Made by a program: the position numbers and the translations under genes. From positions 16,889 to 80,888 of the IMG/VR virus record IMGVR_UViG_3300045391_002348: a DNA stretch of 64,000 nt. One strand, written 5' to 3'. Shown here one piece after another: positions 46,318-54,681 of this stretch (position 1 is the first letter of the stretch; the number at the start of each line of letters is the position of its first letter). The notes beneath the pieces were generated by a model. It was not told the origin of the DNA, made no database searches, and saw only the letters and a list, made by a program, of their open reading frames with translations. Source of the stretch: a virus. Its lineage: Duplodnaviria; Caudoviricetes.

Positions 46318-46812
46318 TCACTGACCCAGGTTCTTCAGGTTATCGTCGAGCTTGACCAGCATCGCGGTCCTATGAGCCAACACGCACCGGCTCATCTCGT
46401 TAGATGAGAAGGAGGTCGAGTGCTCCGGCCACCTGGCCTTGCGGACTACCTCATCAAACAGGAGACCGCGGACCTCCTTCAGTATAGCCAGCGACGAGGG
46501 CTTCGCGTACTCGTTGGCGCTATTCTGGGCGCTTTTGACCCAGCCCAGGAACTCTTGGTTCACCTTCAAACGAGCCGCCTGATCGAAGGCACTCGAGCCG
46601 TCCCACTCGAAAGTATGAGCGGGGTCCTTATAAAAGTTGACTCGAAACTCATCCAGGTTCCTCTTGGCTCCCTCTAGGTCCCACCCGGCCGTCACGACCA
46701 GACCCTCTAGAGCCTCGTCGGCTCGGACGTCTAGGGTCTTCACAGGCTCCACCTTCACGACGGCCGGGGTAGAGACGACAGGGCGGTTCTTAGTACGGGT
46801 TCTCATGATCAT
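46318..46812 (-). CDS. Hypothetical early protein (start likely 46806)
   Basis: First gene after promoter P2. Confidence 0.7.
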   Translation of the reverse strand: MIMRTRTKNRPVVSTPAVVKVEPVKTLDVRADEALEGLVVTAGWDLEGAKRNLDEFRVNFYKDPAHTFEWDGSSAFDQAARLKVNQEFLGWVKSAQNSANEYAKPSSLAILKEVRGLLFDEVVRKARWPEHSTSFSSNEMSRCVLAHRTAMLVKLDDNLKNLGQ

Positions 46813-46952
46813 CTTCCTCTCGCTAGGAGACTAGGCGGCCGGGTTCGCACCCGCTTCATCGACTTTTAACGAGGTTTATTTTGTGAGGGCTCCTCGATCC
46901 CTCCTGGTCTCCCCGGGATCTCGTCCCCGGCCGCTTCCTCTCTGGTGCCTGT

Positions 46953-47000
46953 TATCTAGGGCAATCCCATGAGGTTGTAAATAGGAAAAATGAAAAAAGT
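46953..47000 (-). promoter_or_regulatory. sigma70-like early promoter P2
   Basis: TTTACA(46981-46976)-N17-TAGATA, upstream ACTTTTTTCA tract. Confidence 0.7.
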
Positions 47001-47037
47001 TGCAGAAAAAATAAGTCCAGGATTATGAAGGACTTAG

Positions 47038-47060
47038 CTGGCGGTTGTTCAGACCGCCAG
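47038..47060. terminator. Hairpin upstream of P2
   Basis: CTGGCGGT-7nt-ACCGCCAG; no adjacent U-tract. Confidence 0.45.
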
Positions 47061-47075
47061 TAGATGCTATTGCAA

Positions 47076-47457
47076 TCATACTACCTCAGCCCAGGGGTTC
47101 GGGCCTGCCCGGAGGAGGAGATGAGCGTCCCTGTAGCCGAGCTCCTTCTCCTCGTCGAAGAGCTCGATCAGGTGTATCCACTTCCCTCTAATCCTTGCCC
47201 ACTCTATATCTCTCCGGGTGCTGTCCCCTACGTAGCCATCGACGTTTATGACGACGATGCCGCTGCTCTCCTCTATCTTCGAGAGGTGGACGAGGTCCAG
47301 GGTCGTCTTATGTTTGTTGTCGTACCACTCCTTCTGACCCTTCGACGAGGGATAGACCGCGAGGGATATAACTATATGACCAAGCCATAGACAACTTCTC
47401 GTTCCATTCGTGGTACTCCTTCTCGAAACGAGCAGACCCGCACAGTGTTATAATCAT
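47076..47457 (-). pseudogene. Nucleoside 2-deoxyribosyltransferase/DUF4406-like protein split by a +1 frameshift
   Basis: MIITLCGSARF...LSMA + GHIVISL...LDLVHLSKIEES..IVVINVDGYVGDSTRRDIEWA; extra A at 47382-47383 (382 = 381+1). Confidence 0.75.
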
Positions 47458-47464
47458 TCATTTA

Positions 47465-47959
47465 TCATCTCCTTTTGAATTCTTTGTGTAGTTTACTAGC
47501 TAACGCATCTCTAGCTCTAATCGCATCTACTTTCCGGTTGAACCTCCCTATATTTATTCGTTGTTTATTGCAGGTGATGTAGGCAATCCACTTTCCTCTG
47601 TCTGGTTGCCAAGAGACCCCTTTCGCCCCGGGCGTGTTTCTTTTGCTTCGTCGTGCATTGTAGTTATTTTGAGAACGAGTTGCCTCTCTTAGGTTCGATA
47701 TTCGATCGCTAAGACCGCGCCTATGGTCGACCTCTCTCGGCCATCTTCCGTAGTAGTAGGCCCATGCTAGGACATGACGACTGTATTTTCGGCCTGCGAT
47801 CTCTATCGCCCAGTAACCGGTCTTCATTCTAGTTCCAGCAATTTTTCCTTTAGTAGGGTGGCCCCCGTTCGCAGGATTTATTTTCCATACAAATACACCC
47901 GTGTCCGGATTGTACCGTAACACCTGATTTAGTCGTTGGATTTCGATCCTGTTTTTCAT
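47465..47959 (-). CDS. HNH homing endonuclease with AP2 domain
   Basis: LRYNPDTG, EVDH...NLREATRSQN, GVSW...WIAYI...GRF; AT-rich. Confidence 0.92.
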   Translation of the reverse strand: MKNRIEIQRLNQVLRYNPDTGVFVWKINPANGGHPTKGKIAGTRMKTGYWAIEIAGRKYSRHVLAWAYYYGRWPREVDHRRGLSDRISNLREATRSQNNYNARRSKRNTPGAKGVSWQPDRGKWIAYITCNKQRINIGRFNRKVDAIRARDALASKLHKEFKRR

Positions 47960-48155
47960 TTACAACACGCTGCCTGATATATAACCCTGCGTTGTACTTC
48001 ATCACCCGGCGACGGATCGTCGAGTGGGCCCTATTAAATCTCATCGCGATGCGTCGGTAGGATCGCCCCCTCGCTCTCATCTCGGCCATCGCGACCGTCT
48101 CCCTCCACAGGCCCTCGTCCCTTCTCAGTATCGCCTTCAGCCACTTCTTGGACAT
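47850..48155 (-). CDS. HTH DNA-binding protein
   Basis: SD GGAGG; GRSYRRIAMRFNRAHSTIRRRV. Confidence 0.7.
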   Translation of the reverse strand: MSKKWLKAILRRDEGLWRETVAMAEMRARGRSYRRIAMRFNRAHSTIRRRVMKYNAGLYIRQRVVNEKQDRNPTTKSGVTVQSGHGCICMENKSCERGPPY

Positions 48156-48327
48156 GAGGTCCTCCCGGGTGCGGCTCTCCGCGCAACTCTCGGATCAGAT
48201 GTGCGGTGATCTCTTTGTATTTGTTTAGATTACCCTTCGCCATTATCAGCGTCCCGACAAATCGGGAAGCTAGAACGTCGGCGGGGATGTCCGAGATTTT
48301 ATCATACGCTCTCGTGCGGTCGTTCAA
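48034..48327 (-). CDS. Hypothetical protein
   Basis: Follows polA; 3' end runs into the next gene. Confidence 0.5.
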   Translation of the reverse strand: MNDRTRAYDKISDIPADVLASRFVGTLIMAKGNLNKYKEITAHLIRELRGEPHPGGPHVQEVAEGDTEKGRGPVEGDGRDGRDESEGAILPTHRDEI

Positions 48328-48342
48328 CTCTCAAGCCTCCTG

Positions 48343-50406
48343 TTACTTGCAGTCTGCCCAGTTGTCTCCTATCTCCACGTCCACCTTCACCGGGACCTCC
48401 AGCGGACAAGCCTCGATCATTATGTCTGCCATCTTCCGCCCCTCCTCCTCTCCGGAGAGGGAGCAGTCGGCCTCGTCGTGTACTTGGATCATGATCTGAT
48501 CCCCGTAGCCCTCGTTCCAAAGAGCGAGCATCGCGAGCTTCATCTGGTCTGCCGCAGACGGTTGGATGAGAGAGTTCAGAGCCTTGTGGATGCGAGCCCT
48601 TGCGAGCTCCTCGTCCGGCCAGGCCTCCCGGGCCTCCTCCCACTTCAGCATGCGGCCGTCTCGGAGGTCCCAGTCCCGCGGCTCCCAGTAGGGAAAGCGC
48701 ATCCGACGGTCCATGATCGACTTGATGTAACCCCGGTCGTTCACCCGGTCCTTGCAGGCCTTCGACATGTCCTTCGCGAATGGCATCTCTCTCGCATGCT
48801 GGTCGAACATCGCCTGCGTCTGATCCTTCGTCTTGTTCAGTTGGATCGCCGTCTCGTAGACCCCGCGGCCGTAGATGATCGCGAAGTTCATGATCTTGCT
48901 AGCCTTGTAAGGGAGCTTCACGAGGTCGGCCACGAACTGGTGGTAGTTCAGGCTGGGGTCCTCGATGTACCTGGTGCGAGCGTCGTAGGCGCTCTGCATC
49001 TTCATCTTACAAGCAAAGTGGATGAGGAGCCGGACCTCCTGCTGATTAAAGTCTAGCAGTCCCCACTTCATACCGTGCTCGGGTATGAAGGCCCGGCGGA
49101 TCATCTTCCCCTCCTCCGTCCGGGTCGGAATGAACTGGAGGTTCGGGTCGCTCATAGAGAGCCGGCCGGTCACGGTCCCGCCGTCGTCGGACTTCAAGGG
49201 ATGGATCGAGCCGTGGACCCTCCCGTCGTGGAGCTGGTCGAGGAGCTGCCCCTGCAAGAAGGTCCCCACGAGCTTCGAACCCTCCCGGGCCTGCCGGATC
49301 ATCTTAGCGAGCCAGTGGTTCGTGTCCTCTAGCAGCTTCTGAGTGATCGACGGCAGACCCGTCTTCGTCATCCCGTACTGGAGACCCTCAGCGTCGAAGG
49401 CCTTCGCGATCGAGCCGGCCGCCCATATGTTTATATCCAGACCGGTCCGCCGCTTCATCTCGGCTATCTTCTCGTCTACCGCTCCCTGAAACTTCTTCTT
49501 CAGCTTCTCGACGTAGTCGACGTCGATCCGTACCCCCCTCCTTCTCATACTCATGTACATCGGGAGGAGAGCGTGTTCGAGCTCCACCACCTTCACAAGG
49601 CCGTCCCGCTCGATCAGCGGCATCTGCACTTCTAGTATCCTCCGAGGAGCCTGACTGTCCCACTCAGCATACGGCCCGACGTACTTCGGATGGAGCTTCG
49701 CAATGTCCTCCTTCGGAGAGAGGTTGTAAGCGAAGGCTGCCGACCTCAGCAGGTCCTCCTGCTTCGTCTCCCCTATCCTGTCCATCGCTATGTTTTCCAG
49801 GCTATAGCTGAGCCTGTACTCGTCCAGAAGCGCCTCGATTAGCTGGACGTCCCTGATAGGTCCCCTGATCTCTACCCCATCATTCTTAGCCCACGATATA
49901 TCGTACATGGCGTGAGCGAAGGCCTTCGTCTGTCTATCGTCTTGGAGGACGTGGTTCAGCCAGCGACGGACCTGATCGTGGTCCACGTTACCTTCGGCGT
50001 GGCCGACAGGAAGGTAGCCCGTCCAGTTGTCTGCTGTGATCGAGTACCCAGCTACGTGACCGCCCCCTCGCCAGGCCCAGCCAGCTCCGCTGTCCCTCCT
50101 GAGGCCCTCGTCGTTCGTCTCCAGGTCGACCCCGATGATCCCGTACAACTTATCTGGTAGCTGAGAGAGGTCCGGCGGCTCCCAGTCGGAGGGAGGAACG
50201 GGGGTCATCTCCTCCACACTGAAGCCCAGGTCCATCTGACCCCTCTCGGCCAGGCGAGATCGCTTCGTCGACTTCGGCTTCCCGGTGGACTTCGATACGA
50301 GGCCGTGGAGCCGCTGCTGCTGAGCCCTCCAGGCCTTCGCATTGTTCGTCGGAGCGTGGATACCCCTCCGACCATCCGGGCCAACGACGTCTTCGTACTC
50401 AGCCAT
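48343..50406 (-). CDS. polA: DNA polymerase family A with 3'-5' exonuclease
   Basis: DLET ExoI; GTVTGRLSMSDPNLQ; DFNQQE motif A; KIMNFAIIYG motif B; QVHDE motif C. Confidence 0.96.
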   Translation of the reverse strand: MAEYEDVVGPDGRRGIHAPTNNAKAWRAQQQRLHGLVSKSTGKPKSTKRSRLAERGQMDLGFSVEEMTPVPPSDWEPPDLSQLPDKLYGIIGVDLETNDEGLRRDSGAGWAWRGGGHVAGYSITADNWTGYLPVGHAEGNVDHDQVRRWLNHVLQDDRQTKAFAHAMYDISWAKNDGVEIRGPIRDVQLIEALLDEYRLSYSLENIAMDRIGETKQEDLLRSAAFAYNLSPKEDIAKLHPKYVGPYAEWDSQAPRRILEVQMPLIERDGLVKVVELEHALLPMYMSMRRRGVRIDVDYVEKLKKKFQGAVDEKIAEMKRRTGLDINIWAAGSIAKAFDAEGLQYGMTKTGLPSITQKLLEDTNHWLAKMIRQAREGSKLVGTFLQGQLLDQLHDGRVHGSIHPLKSDDGGTVTGRLSMSDPNLQFIPTRTEEGKMIRRAFIPEHGMKWGLLDFNQQEVRLLIHFACKMKMQSAYDARTRYIEDPSLNYHQFVADLVKLPYKASKIMNFAIIYGRGVYETAIQLNKTKDQTQAMFDQHAREMPFAKDMSKACKDRVNDRGYIKSIMDRRMRFPYWEPRDWDLRDGRMLKWEEAREAWPDEELARARIHKALNSLIQPSAADQMKLAMLALWNEGYGDQIMIQVHDEADCSLSGEEEGRKMADIMIEACPLEVPVKVDVEIGDNWADCK

Positions 50407-50408
50407 CT

Positions 50409-50666
50409 TCAGTCCCAGGTCGTTACGGGCGGGCTCGCCTTCCTCTGATCCGGACCATAGAGCTCGTCCAGTATCTTGTCGGCGTCAGCTCCTGTAACCC
50501 GGTAGTTGCTCGCCAGGTGATCCTGCTTCGCCCTCCGCGACAGCTCGTTCTTCCTGAGGCTTGCTGTCGAGTACCTCACGAGGACCTCCTCCTCGCGGGT
50601 CCCCGGCTCGGGCCTCCGCTCCATCTTCCTTACGATCCTCAGAATTCGCCTTATCAGCTCCACCAC
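50409..50666 (-). CDS. Hypothetical protein
   Basis: SD AGGAGAGG; ends next to the polA start. Confidence 0.55.
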   Translation of the reverse strand: MVELIRRILRIVRKMERRPEPGTREEEVLVRYSTASLRKNELSRRAKQDHLASNYRVTGADADKILDELYGPDQRKASPPVTTWD

Positions 50667-51114
50667 AGTCCTCTCCTATGACGACGACCTCGACGCCGGC
50701 TTCAGCGAGGAGGAGTTGGGCCAGGGGTATCTCCTCAGTCCACCGTCCTGGCACGATCGGCGGGAGGGGTCTCGTGACGACCCGCCTGATCCCCTTCATG
50801 AGTATCTCTCTCGTGCAGCGGACGCAGGGGTGCACGGTGCAGTATAGCGTACCTCCGCGGGTGTCGAAGGTCGCATTCGACAGGGCGTTCTCCTCGGCGT
50901 GGCGGGTGATCTGGTACTTCATGGCTCGGTCCTCCAGACGACCGTCGTCCGCGATCCCGGGAGGAAAGCCGTTGTAACCGAGGGAGAGTTTCCTCTGGTC
51001 CAGGCTGGAGACAGTGACGGCCCCGACCTTCGTGCTTGGGTCCTTTGATCCGGTGGCAGCATAACCAGCCAGTCCTAACATCCACTGGTCCCACTCCCTA
51101 CTCGTCCTCTTCAT
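50485..51114 (-). CDS. dCMP deaminase
   Basis: SKDPSTKVGAV, GYNGFP, HAEENA, PCVRC. Confidence 0.92.
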   Translation of the reverse strand: MKRTSREWDQWMLGLAGYAATGSKDPSTKVGAVTVSSLDQRKLSLGYNGFPPGIADDGRLEDRAMKYQITRHAEENALSNATFDTRGGTLYCTVHPCVRCTREILMKGIRRVVTRPLPPIVPGRWTEEIPLAQLLLAEAGVEVVVIGEDCGGADKANSEDRKEDGAEARAGDPRGGGPREVLDSKPQEERAVAEGEAGSPGEQLPGYRS

Positions 51115-51246
51115 CTCTGTCCTCCTACGGATGGTTGTGCCACCTACACCGACTGCACCAGAACTCATCCGGGTAGGAGACGTAGCTCCAGCTGTCTGTA
51201 TGAAACATCTTACAGATTATCAGGAGCACTACCTGGGTCGGGTCTA

Positions 51247-51717
51247 TCACTTGGCGTACCTCGAGATGATCTCCCCGATGATCTCCCCGATGTTTGGAGG
51301 GGTCCACCCCGGCGGCTTCACAACATCGAGCTTGTGCTTCCGCACGGAGAGAGGATCGTCGTGCCCGGAGGCCCGCACCTTCTTCATGTTCGCCTCCTGG
51401 ACGGCGTCCCAGCACTCATCGAACGGGACCCTCATCATGTGAGCGGTCCCGAGGGCGACGTAGACTAGATCGACGAGAGCATCAGCAGCCTTCGCGAGGT
51501 CACCCTCAAGGTGGGCCATGACAAACTCATCTATCTCCTCTTGCATGAAATTCACCCGGAAGTCCAGTACGCTCACCCCGTCGGTCTTGCTCTGGTCGAG
51601 GAGGGCTGGGGGTCCGCCGCTGTCTCCGAAGTTTGTGAGGCCGAACTTCCTGTGGAAATCTCCCACGTCGCCGTACATGTCCGGGTAGTACAGTGGGTCT
51701 TTGTGATTAACTACCAT
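51247..51717 (-). CDS. MazG-like all-alpha NTP pyrophosphohydrolase
   Basis: QEEIDEF...DALVDLVYVALG...ANMKK...KPPGWTPP. Confidence 0.88.
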   Translation of the reverse strand: MVVNHKDPLYYPDMYGDVGDFHRKFGLTNFGDSGGPPALLDQSKTDGVSVLDFRVNFMQEEIDEFVMAHLEGDLAKAADALVDLVYVALGTAHMMRVPFDECWDAVQEANMKKVRASGHDDPLSVRKHKLDVVKPPGWTPPNIGEIIGEIISRYAK

Positions 51718-52562
51718 GTAGCTCCTCCCTCTAGTTCACGTCGATCGTTTGCGAAGATGTGAAGTGACGTGCAGTGCATCGAGTACGTCGCCGGTTCTAT
51801 GTGCTTCCACTTGTCCGATCGCTTCTTGCACTCCTCCGTGATCCAGAGGAGGAGACGGACGGCCAGGTAGCAGTCGTCGCGGAAGTGTCTTTTCAGGTCA
51901 CAGCTCCTGAGAGGATACCAGATGTGAGAGACCCCCTCGCGAACGATGATCTGGTAGCCCAGGGTGCACGGCTTCCGGCCTCCGTCCCCCTTCCCTGTGT
52001 CCTCTGGAAAGAATAGAGGTATCCAGGCCTGTCTAGTATAGGGCTCCTCGGCGAGAAGCTCAACGAGGTCCTGAAGGTCTCCGTAGGTCCAGCCGATCCC
52101 CCGGAGGCCGCTGTCTATGATCTCCGGATACTTCCGAACTCCGGGAGACCACTCGGCTCCGGTGTAGCGGCCTCCGCTACCTCTGCGGGGAAACTTCGGC
52201 CAGAGCCTCTCGGCGTACGTGTGGTTGAATATCTCCCCCGACCGAAACTTGTCGGCGCTACTGGCCCACGGCCAGTTCTTCCACTCCTCCCCCGGGTTCA
52301 GAGGAGAGCCGCAGACGCGCTCTTCGAAGTGGTTGTCGGCCCACGGAGTGTTAGGACCTATGTCGGCTCTCCAGTGGTCCAGAGACGAGATACCGCGAAG
52401 GGGGACGGAGAAGTCGACGTTCAGCAGTTCGTAGGTCGCCATAGATGGGTTCTTCGCCGCGTCTACTCCCTGCCACCTCTCGGTCACGACCTTCGGGGCC
52501 TGGATCATCTTCCGTTTCAGGATGTCCCAGGCGTATGTGAAATCTGGGTACTTGTCTGTCAC
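51711..52562 (-). CDS. Thymidylate-synthase-fold nucleotide-modifying enzyme (dCMP hydroxymethylase-like)
   Basis: TRQA, catalytic PC (RKPCTLGY), RSCD...D motif; GTG start at the GTGA overlap. Confidence 0.85.
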   Translation of the reverse strand: MTDKYPDFTYAWDILKRKMIQAPKVVTERWQGVDAAKNPSMATYELLNVDFSVPLRGISSLDHWRADIGPNTPWADNHFEERVCGSPLNPGEEWKNWPWASSADKFRSGEIFNHTYAERLWPKFPRRGSGGRYTGAEWSPGVRKYPEIIDSGLRGIGWTYGDLQDLVELLAEEPYTRQAWIPLFFPEDTGKGDGGRKPCTLGYQIIVREGVSHIWYPLRSCDLKRHFRDDCYLAVRLLLWITEECKKRSDKWKHIEPATYSMHCTSLHIFANDRRELEGGATW

Positions 52563-53008
52563 GCTACTCCTCCCGGTTTCCAACTCTTACCTGTTCGTGC
52601 AAGTATCTCGGCCTCGTACTCCTCCGAGAGGGTCAGGCCGGTATTCGGGACGACCTGGATGGCCCGGTCGTCCCAGAGCTCGACCATGTTGTAATCCTTC
52701 TCAGCCGTGACCTCGAGCCGCGGGAGACCGCTCTGCTCCAATAGGTCCTGGATCGCACTCCTCATCATCTCGACGGTGATCTCCGCCCTGGACACCTTGC
52801 AGACTTTATTAGCTGGTCCGCAGACCCGCGCTGTGAATATCTTCACCCGCTGGCCACCAGCGACCCAGGCCTTCACCCGCTCCATCATCTTCGGGATCGG
52901 CTTGCCGAACTTGTTCCAAGCGATCCACTCATGATACTCGAACAAGGTCCCGTCGAGGTCTACTCCGATCCACGGAGCGTCCATCCATCCGTCTGTCTTA
53001 TACGCCAC
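52559..53008 (-). CDS. HAD-superfamily phosphatase/nucleotidase
   Basis: WIGVDLDGTL, IFTAR, LWDDRA. Confidence 0.85.
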   Translation of the reverse strand: MAYKTDGWMDAPWIGVDLDGTLFEYHEWIAWNKFGKPIPKMMERVKAWVAGGQRVKIFTARVCGPANKVCKVSRAEITVEMMRSAIQDLLEQSGLPRLEVTAEKDYNMVELWDDRAIQVVPNTGLTLSEEYEAEILARTGKSWKPGGVA

Positions 53009-53231
53009 TTGATCCTCCGAATACTGAGTACGATAAAATCACGATCCCGAGTATAGCGGCAACCACGGCTACAAATAAACCCAGCAGCGCCATCCACTCT
53101 CCCGGGCTGAGTGGATCGTCGTCGCTCCCGGGTCCGTCAAATCCTATGTGAACTTGAAACATACCGTCCTCCGAACTTACTGCCCTCGGCCATCGAGGAG
53201 TTCTCACAGTTCCGTGGCCGAGGGCCTTCAC
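52998..53231 (-). CDS. Small membrane protein
   Basis: C-terminal TM; SD GTGAGG. Confidence 0.55.
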   Translation of the reverse strand: MKALGHGTVRTPRWPRAVSSEDGMFQVHIGFDGPGSDDDPLSPGEWMALLGLFVAVVAAILGIVILSYSVFGGSSGV

Positions 53232-53427
53232 CTCACTAACAGGGCTCTGCGCCAGGGCTCAAGACAAGGACCGTAGGAACCAAACAGAGGTCACGTTGCT
53301 AAGCGTATGGCATCAAATCAGAACCGGTGAACCAGGGAGCGCTCGGAGTAGTCCAGAGCCTCGCTGATGGGGCCGAGACCGTCCGCCCCTCGCGGACCCC
53401 TCTCGTCCTGAGAGGGGGTTCGTTCGC

Positions 53428-54144
53428 CTACCTCCTCACCATCATCGAGTAGTCCCTCCAGGCCAAGGTGGTTACGGGGACTACGGGCTCGATCAGGTCG
53501 AGGATGGCCTCGGCATAGACATAGATTTCATACTGAGCGTGCTTACCCTCGTCCAGAGCGTCGCGGAGGATCAGCCAGTCGAACAAGTTCTTCAGATCGA
53601 CCTTTGCAAACATATGAGAGTAGGTCCCGAGCGGGAGGACGGACCTGGCGAGCTCGCGAGGTACGCCGCGGGCTAGCAGCCGGTGGTAGACCTCGAACGA
53701 GGCCGTGCACGCCTCCTTGATCTCATCGCAGGTCCGGATATCCTCCGAGGAGGAGGTGCCGTCGCGGACCCGCATCTGCTTGTTGCTCTTGGACTGGACC
53801 CCTACGTCGAACGGGTCGGGCACGTAGAACTCCTCGGGCAGCTCCGTGTAGCGAGCAGACACCTCGTTGTAACTCCAGGTCCGGTGGCGGTGCCACTGCC
53901 TGAAGACGAAGATCGGAGCCTTCACCTCGAACTGGAACTCGACGCTCTCGAACGGAGAGGTGTGCCTGTTCTTCATGAGGTATCTGATGAGCCGCTCGTC
54001 CGACTTCTCATCCTCGCCGGTGCGCCAGTCAGCGTTATATGAGACGCGAGCTGCGCGGACGATAGAGAGGTCGTTGCCCATAAAATCGCACAACCTAACA
54101 AACCCGTGATCAAGCACATTTATTCGTTTATCTGACGGAGGCAT
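53428..54144 (-). CDS. thyX: Flavin-dependent thymidylate synthase
   Basis: HTSPFE, RQWHRHRTWSYNEVSARY, ARSVLP, HAQYEI. Confidence 0.96.
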   Translation of the reverse strand: MPPSDKRINVLDHGFVRLCDFMGNDLSIVRAARVSYNADWRTGEDEKSDERLIRYLMKNRHTSPFESVEFQFEVKAPIFVFRQWHRHRTWSYNEVSARYTELPEEFYVPDPFDVGVQSKSNKQMRVRDGTSSSEDIRTCDEIKEACTASFEVYHRLLARGVPRELARSVLPLGTYSHMFAKVDLKNLFDWLILRDALDEGKHAQYEIYVYAEAILDLIEPVVPVTTLAWRDYSMMVRR

Positions 54145-54679
54145 AGGATTTTCTCCAAATTATATTTGATATAGTGACGTGGGATACCTTGTATTTTTTA
54201 GCTAGCCGACCTACCTCTCCCCGTCTTATCTTTGCACCCCGAATACCCCGGACAGCTTCATCGGATAGCTTTCGGTTTACATTAGGTTTTCCCACTAGAT
54301 GACGCGTTCTTATCTTACCGATCTCACGTCTACGTTCCTTCGGAATATCCAGTATGTTTTGAAGGCGTGTTCCCGGCTTTATGTTCTTTCCACTATTGTT
54401 AGTTGGACAATCGTCTAAGTGCCTTATTTCTAATCCGATCTTGAATGCAGCTCGTCCGTACTTAGCATAAGCAACCATGTTATGGACCGAGACCCTCGAC
54501 GATCCCGGCTTCTTGAAGTTAGTTATCCCTGGGGTTGATACCTCCACCACAGGATAACCGCAACCCATGTTTGTAGGCCGCATTTTAGTGCCTCGGAGAC
54601 TTAGCACAGACCCGATAGATAAGTCCACACGGTATCCCCGCTTAAATGCAGCCTCTACAAACTTCAGTGACCTACGCAC
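54128..54679 (-). CDS. HNH homing endonuclease
   Basis: VHNMVA...EIRHLDDCPTNNSGKNI..GT..QN; C-terminal HTH; AT-rich. Confidence 0.85.
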   Translation of the reverse strand: MRRSLKFVEAAFKRGYRVDLSIGSVLSLRGTKMRPTNMGCGYPVVEVSTPGITNFKKPGSSRVSVHNMVAYAKYGRAAFKIGLEIRHLDDCPTNNSGKNIKPGTRLQNILDIPKERRREIGKIRTRHLVGKPNVNRKLSDEAVRGIRGAKIRRGEVGRLAKKYKVSHVTISNIIWRKSYASVR

Positions 54680-54681
54680 TA

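Noticed and set aside
46830-46860. tRNA-like T-arm (GGGTTCGCACCC)
   Set aside because: No D-arm, anticodon arm or acceptor stem can be built. It is treated as part of the P2 leader structure.
48343-50406. Intein or intron in polA or the helicase
   Set aside because: Motifs are contiguous at normal spacing, with no intein N/C-terminal signatures or embedded endonuclease.
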